Below are positions 37,567 to 48,500 of a DNA stretch of 64,000 nucleotides, one piece after another. The position numbers and the translations under genes were made by a program. Within the stretch, counting starts at the first letter, position 1, and the number at the start of each line of letters is the position of its first letter. The stretch lies in the NCBI GenBank assembly GCA_963666285.1, contig OY762711.1, one strand, 5' to 3'. The notes beneath the pieces were generated by a model. The model did no database searches, had not been told where the DNA came from, and saw only the letters and a list, made by a program, of their open reading frames with translations. Origin of the DNA: Sedimentisphaerales bacterium. Its GTDB lineage: Bacteria > Planctomycetota > Phycisphaerae > Sedimentisphaerales > SM23-30.

Positions 37567-38853
37567 TTATTGGCCAATACTTTTCCAGTAGTCCTTACTT
37601 ACCTCTTTAAGATGCGAGACAATATCAGGGTGATCAGCGGCCTGGTTATTTGCTTCACCAAGATCGTTTGGAATATCGTACAATTCTGTTTTATCGCCCT
37701 GAACAATCAGTTTCCAGTTGTCTTCACGTACAGCATATCTCTTGTCGCTATACTTCCAGTTAAAACTCTTATGCAGAGTAGTATGATCAGGAGACTTGAC
37801 AACCGGCAGCAGGCTTTTGCCATCGATTTTATGGTCAGCAGCAGGCAGCCCGCAAAGTTCGAGGATGGTCGGATACCAGTCGCAACCGGTAACCATCTGG
37901 GATCGAACCTGGTCCTGCGGCAGATGTCCGGGCCAAGAGATGATAGCCGGGATACGCAAGCCGCCCTCGTAGAGGCTGAACTTTTCGCCGCGATACGGTC
38001 CGGAGTTGCCGCCGCCGGAATGGGCACGAACCTCTTTTGATGCACCATGGTCTGACTGATAGATAATAATAGTGTCATCTCTTAGCCCCAGCGAATCCAG
38101 TTTTCCGAGCAGGCTACCGATACGTTCGTCAGCGGTAGAGACAAAAGCGGCATAAAGATTGCGAGGGTAAGGCAGGTCCTTGTAATATTCGAGCCATTTC
38201 GGTTCGCCCTGATATGGGTAATGCGGATTGTTCATGGCATAGTAAATGAAGAAAGGCTTGTCCTTGTTTTTGTCGAGGAATTCTTCAGCCTCTTTAAGCA
38301 TGAGGTCAGGGAAATACTGGCCGGGATAATGAACCTCTTTGCCGTTACGCCAGAGGTCATGCTTGTTGGGGCCGTCCCAATAGAAGAAATGGGAATAATT
38401 ATCAATACATCCGACCAGATGGCCAAAGCTGTGATCGAAGCCTTGTGCGTTAGGGATGGTATCTGCGTGATGGCCCAGGTGCCATTTACCGATATGTGCG
38501 GTGGCATAGCCGGCTTTTTTGAGCTCCTCAGCAATAGTAACCTGTGCAGACGGCATACCTTCAGCATTTATCCCGACATTGCCGTGCAATCCGCCATGCT
38601 GCGGGGTACGGCCGGTTAAAAGAGCAACTCGTGAAGGAGAGCAAACCGAGGCGGCGGCATAAAACTGGGTGAACCTGACGCCACGTTTTGCCAGGCTGTC
38701 CATGTGCGGGGTTACCAGGTCTTTGGCACCGTAAACATTCATATCAATCGAACCCTGATCATCGGTAAAGATAATAATAACATTTGGTTTCCGGGCGAAA
38801 AGACTGGAAGATAACAACAAACAAGACAAAACAATAAAACAATACTTTTTCAT
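37567..38853 (-). CDS. Formylglycine-dependent sulfatase (S1)
   Basis: PNVIIIFTDDQG, CSPSRVALLTGR, GKWHLG, SDHG, YEGGLRIP. Confidence 0.93.
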   Translation of the reverse strand: MKKYCFIVLSCLLLSSSLFARKPNVIIIFTDDQGSIDMNVYGAKDLVTPHMDSLAKRGVRFTQFYAAASVCSPSRVALLTGRTPQHGGLHGNVGINAEGMPSAQVTIAEELKKAGYATAHIGKWHLGHHADTIPNAQGFDHSFGHLVGCIDNYSHFFYWDGPNKHDLWRNGKEVHYPGQYFPDLMLKEAEEFLDKNKDKPFFIYYAMNNPHYPYQGEPKWLEYYKDLPYPRNLYAAFVSTADERIGSLLGKLDSLGLRDDTIIIYQSDHGASKEVRAHSGGGNSGPYRGEKFSLYEGGLRIPAIISWPGHLPQDQVRSQMVTGCDWYPTILELCGLPAADHKIDGKSLLPVVKSPDHTTLHKSFNWKYSDKRYAVREDNWKLIVQGDKTELYDIPNDLGEANNQAADHPDIVSHLKEVSKDYWKSIGQ

Positions 38854-38904
38854 TTTTTCAACCTTACTAATTTTCAATGCTTAAGGCAACCTTAATAAAA
38901 ACAA

Positions 38905-39489
38905 TTATAATTCTATTAGTATCGCCCTTGTCGGTACAGCTTCGGCATTGTGGACCTTGAGCGGGAGCCCGCAATAGGCATAATCACCTGGCGGTACGCC
39001 GGTAAGCGAAAGATTTTCAACAATAACAATTTCACCGGCAAGCAGGATCTTATGGATAAGATGATCGTGAGAATCCTGCGGGTCAACAGACATTTTTTCG
39101 ACACCGATCAGTTTGACACCGGAGTTTAGTATCAATTCAGCCGCTTCCGGGTGGATAACAAGCTCATCGCCAAGTGTTTTTATGAGAAGCCGTTCAGGTT
39201 TATCAAACAAAACCGGCTTGAGAAACTGTTCAGAGACTTCTACTTCGGCTTCGATAACCCGGGCCGGCCCCCAGAAGACATCAAGCGGAATTTGATCGGC
39301 GGATTTACCGCCTTTGAAGAAATGGGACGGGAAATCGATATGTGTCCCGGCATGGCTGGACATTTCAAACCATGAGAGGGAATAACCATCATTTTCCAGG
39401 GAAGCCTGCATATGGCGTGAAAAAGGTTTATCACCCGGCCAAACTTCCGTCTCACTAGATAATGAATTGCTTATATCGTATATCTTCAC
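38905..39489 (-). CDS. Cyclase/kynurenine formamidase family protein
   Basis: WPGD, HAGTHIDFPSH, IVENL, PLK; start at GTG 39489 uncertain. Confidence 0.85.
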   Translation of the reverse strand: MKIYDISNSLSSETEVWPGDKPFSRHMQASLENDGYSLSWFEMSSHAGTHIDFPSHFFKGGKSADQIPLDVFWGPARVIEAEVEVSEQFLKPVLFDKPERLLIKTLGDELVIHPEAAELILNSGVKLIGVEKMSVDPQDSHDHLIHKILLAGEIVIVENLSLTGVPPGDYAYCGLPLKVHNAEAVPTRAILIEL

Positions 39490-39663
39490 AGGGCACTTGC
39501 CTGACCAAACCCAGCCGCCCAAAAGAGGCGGCATAACCTAATTCGCAATCTCTCCAATTGTCCAACGCCATAGTGACAATAAAATAAAGAGATGCGAAGA
39601 CGAACTTAATACAAACTTCGCATCTATATATTTTATGTTATAAGCGTTCAGACAAAAACGCTC

Positions 39664-39900
39664 TTACTGGACAGCGATAACTTCTTCGATTTCAGGAATG
39701 TCTTCGCGAAGTTTGCGTTCGATACCCATTTTGAGAGTCATCGCAGCACCTGGACAGCCCTGACATGCTCCCTGGAAACGGATCTTAACGACCATTCCGT
39801 CGATTCCCACTAATTCGCAATCACCACCATCATTCTGAAGCATAGGCCTGATTGTATCGATGCTATCCTGTACGCGCTGTTCAAAAGTTTTTTCTGACAT
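39664..39900 (-). CDS. NifU-like Fe-S carrier protein
   Basis: IRPMLQNDGGD...GACQGCP. Confidence 0.92.
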   Translation of the reverse strand: MSEKTFEQRVQDSIDTIRPMLQNDGGDCELVGIDGMVVKIRFQGACQGCPGAAMTLKMGIERKLREDIPEIEEVIAVQ

Positions 39901-39903
39901 CTA

Positions 39904-40392
39904 TTAGTCTCCGTCATTTAATTTATCTAAAAGTTCAATCATACTGAGTTTTGATACCGGATGAACTGCGTCCGGTGCAATCTCAGCCATTAATTCCAAA
40001 ATAAATTTTCTCTCACACATTCTCGGATGTGGTACTACCAACTGTTCCTCACCCTGATCTATTATTTCATCGCCAAAAAGCAAAATGTCAAGGTCAATTG
40101 TCCTGGGCCCGTTGGTTTTCTCCCTGATACGGTTAAGCCTGCTTTCAGTTTCGAGTAGAAAATCCAGAAGTTCCCAAGGAGTAAGCTCACATCTAAGCTC
40201 GGTAATAGCATTATAATATGCACCCTGCTCCGGACCGCCCAACGGCTCAGTCTCGACAATACTTGACAGCTTAGCCATTTCAATGCCATTAGCAGCCTCA
40301 ATATAAGCAAGTGCTTTATTGATATAACCACCCCTGTCACCGAGGTTACTTCCCAGAGCAACATAAACTATTGTTTTTTCGTCATTTGTCAT
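39904..40392 (-). CDS. folK: 2-amino-4-hydroxy-6-hydroxymethyldihydropteridine diphosphokinase
   Basis: ALGSNLGDR, GPRTIDLDILL, VPHPRM. Confidence 0.95.
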   Translation of the reverse strand: MTNDEKTIVYVALGSNLGDRGGYINKALAYIEAANGIEMAKLSSIVETEPLGGPEQGAYYNAITELRCELTPWELLDFLLETESRLNRIREKTNGPRTIDLDILLFGDEIIDQGEEQLVVPHPRMCERKFILELMAEIAPDAVHPVSKLSMIELLDKLNDGD

Positions 40393-40685
40393 AAAAAATC
40401 TGCTATTATCTCAAAAACAGCATCAGCAGAGAAATCGGCAAGTCGCAAAACTTTTCTCTGATCCTTTTCGCCAGAAACAATTGTAATGCCAGATTTAGGT
40501 ATGTCCAGTGTTTTAGCTAAAAATTTAACCAGCTCTTTATTGGCCTTGCCCTTTTCCGGGGCCGCAGCAACATTGACTTTAATCGCATCACCGAGCATGC
40601 CCGCAATTTTAGTTTTGCTGCTGCCTGGAACAACCTTAATATCTATCAAACTATCTGTGCCATCTGATCTAATCGCCGGACACAT
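40389..40685 (-). CDS. DUF167 (YggU-like) protein
   Basis: VVPGSS...AAPEKGKANKEL...IVSGE. Confidence 0.85.
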   Translation of the reverse strand: MCPAIRSDGTDSLIDIKVVPGSSKTKIAGMLGDAIKVNVAAAPEKGKANKELVKFLAKTLDIPKSGITIVSGEKDQRKVLRLADFSADAVFEIIADFL

Positions 40686-41154
40686 AAAGCCACTTTCAGT
40701 AAAATGAGATAAAAAAATCTCGATAAAAAATTATATATCACAGATTCATAGTAAATCATGATAATCAATCAAAACTAACACTTTTTTCGGTATTAACGTG
40801 CTAACCTCTGTAATTAAATTAGCTAAGTGCTAATTGTAGTTCATTCAGCGAAATGTATCCAACATTTTCTTCGTTGTGCGGCTCGGCATATATGATAGTT
40901 CAATATATTGGCAAATGCCATAACAAGGCCGATAAAGAGAAAATATATAATAAAAATTCAAAACTAATTGATTTCAAATAATTTATAATTACATTTCATC
41001 AAAATCCAGATTCGAAATTCATAATTTATACTTGCTTTTCGCACTAAAAACGGGGATAATTTCTGGACTACATTAATTTATTTTTTGGAGCAATAGGCCA
41101 AAAATGACATTAAATAACAGTAATTCCTTATAATACAAGTAGATAGGAGAAGCT

Positions 41155-41871
41155 ATGGGCCCAGTTCTAACTTCGCTGGTTGACCTTCAGGCCGTGGAAA
41201 ATGAGTTACGAAACACCAAGGCCAAACTAAAAAAGGCTAACCAGGCGCTGTTAAGGCAGCAGCATAAGATAAAACAGCTTCAAGAGTCGCAGGTAGCGAA
41301 AAAAGATCAAATCCTGCAGACCCGTAAACATTACGACAGCCTGGACCTTGATAGAAAAAGCCGCGAAGATGATATTGCAAAAATGCGAGTAGCTCTAAAT
41401 TCAGCCAGAACAAATAAAGAATACAGTACTGTCCTGTCACGAATCAATACCGATAAAGCCGATCTCTCCAAATTAGAAGAAAAACTGCTCCAGATCATGA
41501 TGGAAATCGAATCATTAGAGCAGGAAACCGCTCAATTTGATGAACAGATAAAAATCGAAGATGAAAACCTGGAAAAAGTCAAAAATGACCTTGAAACGAC
41601 CAAGGAAAGTATCCAGGGCGATCTAGACTCTCTAGAAGGCAAAAAAGCCGAATTATCCAACTCAATCGATCCAAAGCACTTTGACATGTTTGACAGACTT
41701 GCCGACCGTTATGACGGAGAAGTAGTATCAGAAGTCGAACAGAAAGATCAGATATGCGGCGGGTGTTATATGAGTATCCCGCTTGAACTGGTAAACAGGC
41801 TACTGACCAGAGACGAAGTAATCACCTGTCCAAGCTGTGGCAGAATCCTGACAATAAAACAAGGATCATAA
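41155..41871 (+). CDS. Coiled-coil protein with C4 zinc ribbon (DUF164-like)
   Basis: Long coiled coil; CGGC...CPSCGRIL. Confidence 0.88.
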   Translation: MGPVLTSLVDLQAVENELRNTKAKLKKANQALLRQQHKIKQLQESQVAKKDQILQTRKHYDSLDLDRKSREDDIAKMRVALNSARTNKEYSTVLSRINTDKADLSKLEEKLLQIMMEIESLEQETAQFDEQIKIEDENLEKVKNDLETTKESIQGDLDSLEGKKAELSNSIDPKHFDMFDRLADRYDGEVVSEVEQKDQICGGCYMSIPLELVNRLLTRDEVITCPSCGRILTIKQGS

Positions 41872-41878
41872 AAAAAAC

Positions 41879-41911
41879 AAAGGGTGCTATCAGACGATAG
41901 TGCCCTTTTTT
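41879..41911 (+). terminator. Intrinsic terminator
   Basis: AAAGGGTGCTATC-AGAC-GATAGTGCCCTTTTTT. Confidence 0.7.
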
Positions 41912-41962
41912 AATAGATCTTTTTCGGACAATACTTCTCCTTTTGAACCCAAAGAAAGTGAG

Positions 41963-42937
41963 TTATTGTTTAGTCCATATTCTCCTGTTAAGGTTCAGGT
42001 CTTCGACGATGCCAATGAGAGTTGTGAGATCTCGATAGTATTCCTCAATAGGGGCGAACTCTAGAACGGAAGTAAACATTTTCGGCTCGAACATATCTCT
42101 ATTATAGTTAATCGCAATATTCACATTCGAATGGATAAAGCTTATCCTGATCTCTCTGCCTGTCCGTTTACGGAATTCGGTAATCCTTTGCATAAGAGCG
42201 GGGGTAAGGATATAGCGGGCCTCAACCTGGTCACTGCCGTAGACGACGAAATACTTTTCGAACTCGGGGTCTTCGAGTTTAACAAGCTGCCCTTTACTGC
42301 TGAACTTCTGGAAGAACTGGCCTATGCCTGAAAGAAACCCTCCCCCACCACTATGATCCGGCATAACAATAGTCGATCCATTGAAATGTTTATTGAAATC
42401 GGCAATAAAAAACACTCCCTTAAAGATTGTGTGCCAGTGAGTTGTCCTTCTGCCCTTGCTGTCAGTTGTAGTAGTTTTATATTGTGAATGAAGCTCGGAG
42501 AACTTGATACTGGTTTTGCCAACCATTCCTGAGACATAATCTTCGCCTTTATACTTGTCAGGCCTGTGCTCGTACAGTCTGCTTTCAAGATAATGTTGTT
42601 TGAGTATATAGTTACCTGGTTCATAGTTAAGCTCAGGCGAAATGAACTTAACTATCTTCCCGACAATATCAACCTTATAGTTCTGGCTATAAGATCCGGT
42701 AAATATGCCGCAAAATACAAGAGTTATAATAACGGCAACGATACCTATTCCAACCAGAAACCCGGGAGAGCCGCCCTGACCGACAACAATTAAACCGGCA
42801 ATGATAGCAATGCCAAAAATAACACAGGCGGCAATCAGGCTGTTTTTTAAGATTCCCTTGCGACGAGCCTCGAACTTCTGCAAAGTTTCCATAAGCTCAT
42901 TTTCATAAAACTCTCGTAATTGACTCAAATCTTTCAT
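41963..42937 (-). CDS. DUF3137-like membrane protein
   Basis: Two N-terminal TMs; IFKGVF, LEDPEFEKYFVVY..DQVEARYILTP. Confidence 0.8.
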   Translation of the reverse strand: MKDLSQLREFYENELMETLQKFEARRKGILKNSLIAACVIFGIAIIAGLIVVGQGGSPGFLVGIGIVAVIITLVFCGIFTGSYSQNYKVDIVGKIVKFISPELNYEPGNYILKQHYLESRLYEHRPDKYKGEDYVSGMVGKTSIKFSELHSQYKTTTTDSKGRRTTHWHTIFKGVFFIADFNKHFNGSTIVMPDHSGGGGFLSGIGQFFQKFSSKGQLVKLEDPEFEKYFVVYGSDQVEARYILTPALMQRITEFRKRTGREIRISFIHSNVNIAINYNRDMFEPKMFTSVLEFAPIEEYYRDLTTLIGIVEDLNLNRRIWTKQ

Positions 42938-43259
42938 AGCAGCATTATAACAGGATAGTTACTTCCGGCCAATAAAAAAGAGGACGGCCTGTATGCTGTC
43001 CTCTTTGATAAGCCATCTGCCCACTTGGCTTTACAGTTATTTTGGTTATTACTTTCGGGCCGGTTTTGCGTTTTGCCGGCTCATAACACTTCAGGCAACA
43101 GATATTAATCTAAGCCAAAGCGTTAGCCTATATTTTAACATATCAGCATATAATAAAAGGTCATAATTCTTGCAGTCCAGGTAAAAAATCTTTGTATCAG
43201 TAAAATGGATTCAATCCAAACAAGACAATCTACCTATTTTATCATGCCAAAACAATAAA

Positions 43260-43484
43260 TCATCGATAATGGGCCTGCCGCGGCAAAAACAGGTATAGAA
43301 TACTGCCGAGGAACCCAAGGGTAACAATTAGCACAATACCTATGACCCTGTTGGTATCTGACAGGCGATTATTGCTGATGCAGTGAATAAGAGACCAGAG
43401 CCATAATATCGACCCTACAATAACCGCTAAAACAGCGATAACACCAATACCGGATACCAGGAATGATGCAAAATTCAAGTGCAT
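43260..43484 (-). CDS. Small membrane protein, PLDc N-terminal-like
   Basis: LWLWSLIHC...GSILYLF. Confidence 0.65.
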   Translation of the reverse strand: MHLNFASFLVSGIGVIAVLAVIVGSILWLWSLIHCISNNRLSDTNRVIGIVLIVTLGFLGSILYLFLPRQAHYR

Positions 43485-43698
43485 ATACTATCTCCAAATT
43501 GTAACAGACATATTTACTACTATAACGATCAACTTTAATGTCGGGCAACAGCCTGGAATATTTCAGAAATTTAGAAAATAGCAGAACTTGTTTCGAGTTT
43601 TCCTCATCATTGACAAATCGGGTTAAATACATTATCCTAATTGACTTACACGAATAAGGCGTAAATACATAAACTACTGTAATCAACGGAGTTAATAA

Positions 43699-45321
43699 AT
43701 GATAGTCACTCGTTTTGCACCCAGTCCGACCGGATATCTTCATATTGGCGGAGCTCGCACGGCATTGTTTTGCCTGCTGATGGCACGCCATAACAACGGC
43801 AAATTTATCCTGAGAATTGAAGATACCGATCAGAAACGCAATACCCCCACCGCTACTCAGCAGGTAATGGAAGACCTGAAATGGCTTGGCATCGAGTGGG
43901 ATGAAGGACCGGACTGCGGCGGACCGGGCGCACCATATAAACAGTCAGAAAGACTGGAGATCTACGATAAACATATCAACCAGCTTTTAGATGATGGTAA
44001 GGCATATTACTGCTGGGACACCTCTGAAGAGCTGGCAGAGATGCGTGATAAAGCCCAGGCGGAAAAGCGTTCGTTTATATATCCAAGGCCGGAAAAGTTT
44101 CCTACCAGAGAGGAAGCTGATGCGGCTGCCGCTGAAGGTAAACCGGTAATAGTAAGATTGTGTATGCCTGAAGGTGATATCGTCGTCAAAGACCTGGTTC
44201 GAGGTGAAGTGACCTTTCAGGCCGGCGAGTTCAGCGACTTTGTTATCCGTAAATCAGACGGGTTCCCAACGTATCATCTGGCATGTGTGGTAGATGATGA
44301 GCTTATGGGCGTAACCCATATTTTCCGCGGTCAGGAACATCTTATGAATACGCCGGGCCACCAGGCCCTGCAGGATGCGTTAGGTTTCAGCAGGCCGACA
44401 TATGCCCATATGTCTGTAACGGTGAGCGAAGGCGGCGGCAAGCTGAGCAAACGCGAACGCGGCAAGGCACTGGCAAAAGCAATAAAAGCAGACCTCGAAA
44501 TTGACCGTGAAGAACTGGCAAAGATCGGTGAGATGAGTATCGAAGATTTTGACGAGTTTTTGAACGGTAAGATAACACCAGATGCACCGCTGGTAACAGC
44601 GATGGCAAAACATATCGAGCTGCATCTTCCGGAGATCAATGTAGTAGACTTTAAGGAGTCCGGTTTTCTGCCGGAAGCAGTAACAAACTTTGTCGCACTG
44701 CTGGGCTGGTCATCACCAGACGGACAGGAGATTATGCCGTTTGAAAAACTGATAGAAAATTTCGATCCGACCAGGTTCAATAAGACCAACAGTTTGTTTG
44801 ACCGCAAGAAACTACAGGCATTCAATACCGAGCATATGAAGATGGTAGACTCAGATAAGCTGCTGGGCTATTTCAAAGACTACCTGGTTCTAAACGAGCT
44901 GGAGATGGGCAAGTTCGATGATGATACATTAGCTACATTATTGAAGCTTTGCGAAGGGGCAAGAAACTTTGAAGATGTTGTCAATAAGAGCAACTTTATC
45001 ATGCTCAAAGCTGATACTATTGAGTTTGACCCGAATGCCGTCAAGAAGGTACTGAGCAAAGACGGCGTTGCCGAGATACTGACAGAGGTCAAAGACCGCT
45101 TGAATAACCTGGAGGCGTGGGAAGCCGAGCCAATCCATAAAGTTATCGAGGTCATGTGCGAAGAAAAGCAACTTGGTATGGGTAAAGTAGCCCAGCCGAT
45201 CCGTGTTGCGATTGCCGGATGTATGGTAAGTCCGGCAATTGATGCAACCCTTGTTATGCTGGGTAAAGATGAAACTATCGCCAGGATTGACCATGCGATA
45301 GAATTTGTAAAAGGGTTATAG
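43699..45321 (+). CDS. gltX: Glutamate--tRNA ligase
   Basis: TRFAPSPTGYLHIGG, LRIEDTD, KLSKR, anticodon domain PIRVAIAG. Confidence 0.96.
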   Translation: MIVTRFAPSPTGYLHIGGARTALFCLLMARHNNGKFILRIEDTDQKRNTPTATQQVMEDLKWLGIEWDEGPDCGGPGAPYKQSERLEIYDKHINQLLDDGKAYYCWDTSEELAEMRDKAQAEKRSFIYPRPEKFPTREEADAAAAEGKPVIVRLCMPEGDIVVKDLVRGEVTFQAGEFSDFVIRKSDGFPTYHLACVVDDELMGVTHIFRGQEHLMNTPGHQALQDALGFSRPTYAHMSVTVSEGGGKLSKRERGKALAKAIKADLEIDREELAKIGEMSIEDFDEFLNGKITPDAPLVTAMAKHIELHLPEINVVDFKESGFLPEAVTNFVALLGWSSPDGQEIMPFEKLIENFDPTRFNKTNSLFDRKKLQAFNTEHMKMVDSDKLLGYFKDYLVLNELEMGKFDDDTLATLLKLCEGARNFEDVVNKSNFIMLKADTIEFDPNAVKKVLSKDGVAEILTEVKDRLNNLEAWEAEPIHKVIEVMCEEKQLGMGKVAQPIRVAIAGCMVSPAIDATLVMLGKDETIARIDHAIEFVKGL

Positions 45322-45387
45322 AGCCGGATACAATTTATAAAAATGTTAGATAATGACATTTTTGCATTACAAATTGTTATAACAATA

Positions 45388-45437
45388 TAAAAACTGCGTT
45401 ATTCCCAAGTTGAAACTTGAAATAACGCAGTTTTTTT
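45388..45437 (+). terminator. Intrinsic terminator after gltX
   Basis: AAAAACTGCGTTATT...AATAACGCAGTTTTTTT. Confidence 0.75.
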
Positions 45438-45500
45438 GTACATTAAGTCTAAGTAAATAAATAGTTTATAAGTTGCATGCCGAGGAATAGGAGCCTGAAA

Positions 45501-48473
45501 ATGCTAAAGAATTGTCTATTACCAGTTATCATCTTGCTATTTGCTTTCCAGCTTAATGCCGCGATAACAGCCGATGGCAGCCGCGAGACATACAACTTTA
45601 ATCCCGGCTGGAAAGTATCTGTGGGTGACCCCGAAGGTGCCGAGCAGAAGCAATTTAATGACAGCAGCTGGCAGAATGTATCACTGCCCTATTCCTGGAA
45701 CCAGCATGAAGCTTTCAAGCTGGATATCCACGATCTTTCCACAGGTATTGCCTGGTATCGAAAACATTTTCTAATTCCGACAGAACAGGCAGATAAAAAA
45801 GTATTCCTGGAGTTTGAAGGCATTCGCCAAGGAGGCGAGTTTTACCTGAACGGCAAATATATCGGCCGCCATGAAAACGGGGCAATGGCGTTTGGCTTTG
45901 ACATTACCAATCTGGCAAACTACGGTTCGGTAGAAAATATTATTGCCGTCCGCATCGATAACAGCTGGGATTATCGCGAGAAGGCGACGAATTCCAGGTA
46001 CCAGTGGAGTGATAAAAATTTTAATGCAAACTACGGCGGTATTCCCAAGAACGTATCGATTCATTTTACCGACAAACTGTACCAGACATTACCGTTATAT
46101 TCTACATTGGGCACAACAGGGGTATATGTTTATGTCGAAGATTTTGATATAGCCAATAAAACGGCAGTTATTTCAGCTGAATCGCAAGTGCGAAATGAAT
46201 ATTCGGTTGCAAGCACATTCGAATATGAAGTTACCATAAAGGAAACTGACGGCACAATATTAAAAAGCTTCAAAGGCTATCCTTGTACTGTTTCGCCGGG
46301 AGGAACCGGTATCGCAAAGGCATCAGCAAAAGTTGAAGGACTAAACTTCTGGAGCTGGGGCTACGGCTACCTGTACGATGTAGAAACTGTAATAAAAATT
46401 GACGGACGTGAAATCGATAAAGTAGTCACCCGCACCGGGTTTCGCAAGACCCAATTTGCCAATGGTATGATCTGGCTGAACGACCGGGTGATCCAGGTAA
46501 AAGGCTATGCCCAGCGTACATCGAACGAATGGCCCGCAGTTGGTATATCTATACCGCCGTGGCTAAGCGATTTCAGCAATAAGCTTATAGTCGAAAGTAA
46601 TGCAAACCTTGTGAGATGGATGCATATAACGCCAAGCAAGCAGGATATCAGGTCGTGTGACCGTGTCGGGCTTATGCAGGCGATGCCGGCCGGTGATGCC
46701 GAAAAGGATGTTACCGGCCGTCGCTGGCAGCAGCGAACCGAGCTTATGCGAGATGCAATAATCTATAACCGCAATAATCCAAGTATCATATTTTATGAAG
46801 GCGGTAACGAAAGCATCAGCGAAGAACACATGCAGGAGTTGAAAAATTTCCGTAATACATACGACCCGCACGGCGGACGTGCGATCGGCAGTAGAGAAAT
46901 GCTCGACAGCGAAGTAGCTGAATATGGCGGTGAGATGCTGTATATCAATAAGAGCGGCGATATCCCGATGTGGGCGATGGAATATTCCAGGGATGAAGGA
47001 CTACGTAAATACTGGGATGAGTTTTCACCGCCCTACCACAAGGACGGAGCCGGCCCCCAGCGAGGCAAAAACGCTCCCGGACCGTACAACCACAACCAGG
47101 ACTCACATGCAATTGAAGATATCATCCGCTGGTTCGATTACTGGGAACAGCGTCCCGGCACAGGCAATCGCGTAAGTTCCGGCGGAGTTAACATTGTTTT
47201 TTCCGATACCAATACCCACTATCGCGGCGAAGAGAACTATCGTCGCAGCGGCGAAGTTGACCCGATGCGTTTGCCAAAGGACGGTTTTTATGCCCACCAG
47301 GTTATGTGGGACTGCTGGGTTGATATCGAAAAGCCGCTAATCCACCTGATGGGACACTGGAACTATCAACCGAACACCGTTAAAGATATTTACGCTGTTT
47401 CTACCGCTGAAAAAGTGGAGCTGTTCGTTAACGGCAGATCAATGGGCTTTGGTCAACAGAGCTATCGTTTCCTTTATACTTTCAAGAATATCAAATGGCA
47501 GCCGGGCAAAGTACAGGTTGTTGGATACGATAAAGACGGACATAAACTTTGCGAGACAGAGCTTCAAACAGCAGGCGAACCGAAACGGGTACGGCTGACA
47601 GTTCATACCGGACCTGGCGGACTCAAAGCCAACAACACTGACATCGCCCTGATAGATGTCGAGGTTGTAGATAAAGAAGGCAGACGATGCCCGGTAGCGA
47701 TGAATATGATAGATTTCGAACTTGCCGGTCCGGCGAAATGGATAGGCGGCATCGCACAAGGGCCGGACAATTATATAATGTCTAAAAAGCTGCCGGTAGA
47801 ATGCGGAGTTAACCGAGTGATGGTTGGATCGACAAATGATGCCGGCAAGATAATCATGACGGCAAAATCAGAAGGCCTGGAGCCTGCTTCAATTGAACTT
47901 GTCTCTACCCCTGTTGTAGTTTCAGGAGGATTGTGCCATAACATGCCGGACGATGGATTACCTTGCAGCCTGGATAGAGGCCCTACACCAGCCGGGGAGT
48001 CTTATACAGTTTCACGAATACCTATTAAGATATTAAAAGTAACTGGCGGAGCCAACCTGGAAAATATCTATGCAACCATTGATGACAATGAACTGACAGA
48101 CTGGCAAAATGACGGCAAGCTGTCAACAGCATGGCTTAAATACGATTTCACAGAAGCTGCCGATGTAAGTGAGGTAGTTGTAAAGTTTGGCAACTGGCGT
48201 CGACAGAGCTACCCGATACGAATCCTGGTTGATACGAAAGAAGCTTTCACAGGAGAAACCAAACAGAACCTGGGCTATTATACGATCAAATTCGAGCCGG
48301 TACGAGGCAAAAGTCTGACACTTGAACTGATCGGAGCCGGTTCCAATCGAGACGCTTTTGGTCTGGTCGAGGTAACCGGCAAAGTTGACCAGGCAGACGA
48401 TGCTTCAAAAGATCCTAATGCCAAAGGAACATTAAAGGTAGTCGAACTGGAAATTTACCGTAAAACTGAATAA
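45501..48473 (+). CDS. GH2 glycoside hydrolase (beta-galactosidase-like, DUF4982-type C-terminus)
   Basis: WYRKHF, FLEFEG, NYGGI, RNNPSIIFYEGGNE, VELFVNG, WQPG; AGGAG RBS. Confidence 0.88.
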   Translation: MLKNCLLPVIILLFAFQLNAAITADGSRETYNFNPGWKVSVGDPEGAEQKQFNDSSWQNVSLPYSWNQHEAFKLDIHDLSTGIAWYRKHFLIPTEQADKKVFLEFEGIRQGGEFYLNGKYIGRHENGAMAFGFDITNLANYGSVENIIAVRIDNSWDYREKATNSRYQWSDKNFNANYGGIPKNVSIHFTDKLYQTLPLYSTLGTTGVYVYVEDFDIANKTAVISAESQVRNEYSVASTFEYEVTIKETDGTILKSFKGYPCTVSPGGTGIAKASAKVEGLNFWSWGYGYLYDVETVIKIDGREIDKVVTRTGFRKTQFANGMIWLNDRVIQVKGYAQRTSNEWPAVGISIPPWLSDFSNKLIVESNANLVRWMHITPSKQDIRSCDRVGLMQAMPAGDAEKDVTGRRWQQRTELMRDAIIYNRNNPSIIFYEGGNESISEEHMQELKNFRNTYDPHGGRAIGSREMLDSEVAEYGGEMLYINKSGDIPMWAMEYSRDEGLRKYWDEFSPPYHKDGAGPQRGKNAPGPYNHNQDSHAIEDIIRWFDYWEQRPGTGNRVSSGGVNIVFSDTNTHYRGEENYRRSGEVDPMRLPKDGFYAHQVMWDCWVDIEKPLIHLMGHWNYQPNTVKDIYAVSTAEKVELFVNGRSMGFGQQSYRFLYTFKNIKWQPGKVQVVGYDKDGHKLCETELQTAGEPKRVRLTVHTGPGGLKANNTDIALIDVEVVDKEGRRCPVAMNMIDFELAGPAKWIGGIAQGPDNYIMSKKLPVECGVNRVMVGSTNDAGKIIMTAKSEGLEPASIELVSTPVVVSGGLCHNMPDDGLPCSLDRGPTPAGESYTVSRIPIKILKVTGGANLENIYATIDDNELTDWQNDGKLSTAWLKYDFTEAADVSEVVVKFGNWRRQSYPIRILVDTKEAFTGETKQNLGYYTIKFEPVRGKSLTLELIGAGSNRDAFGLVEVTGKVDQADDASKDPNAKGTLKVVELEIYRKTE

Positions 48474-48500
48474 GCAGCCAGATGGTTTCGAGGCCGGCAA

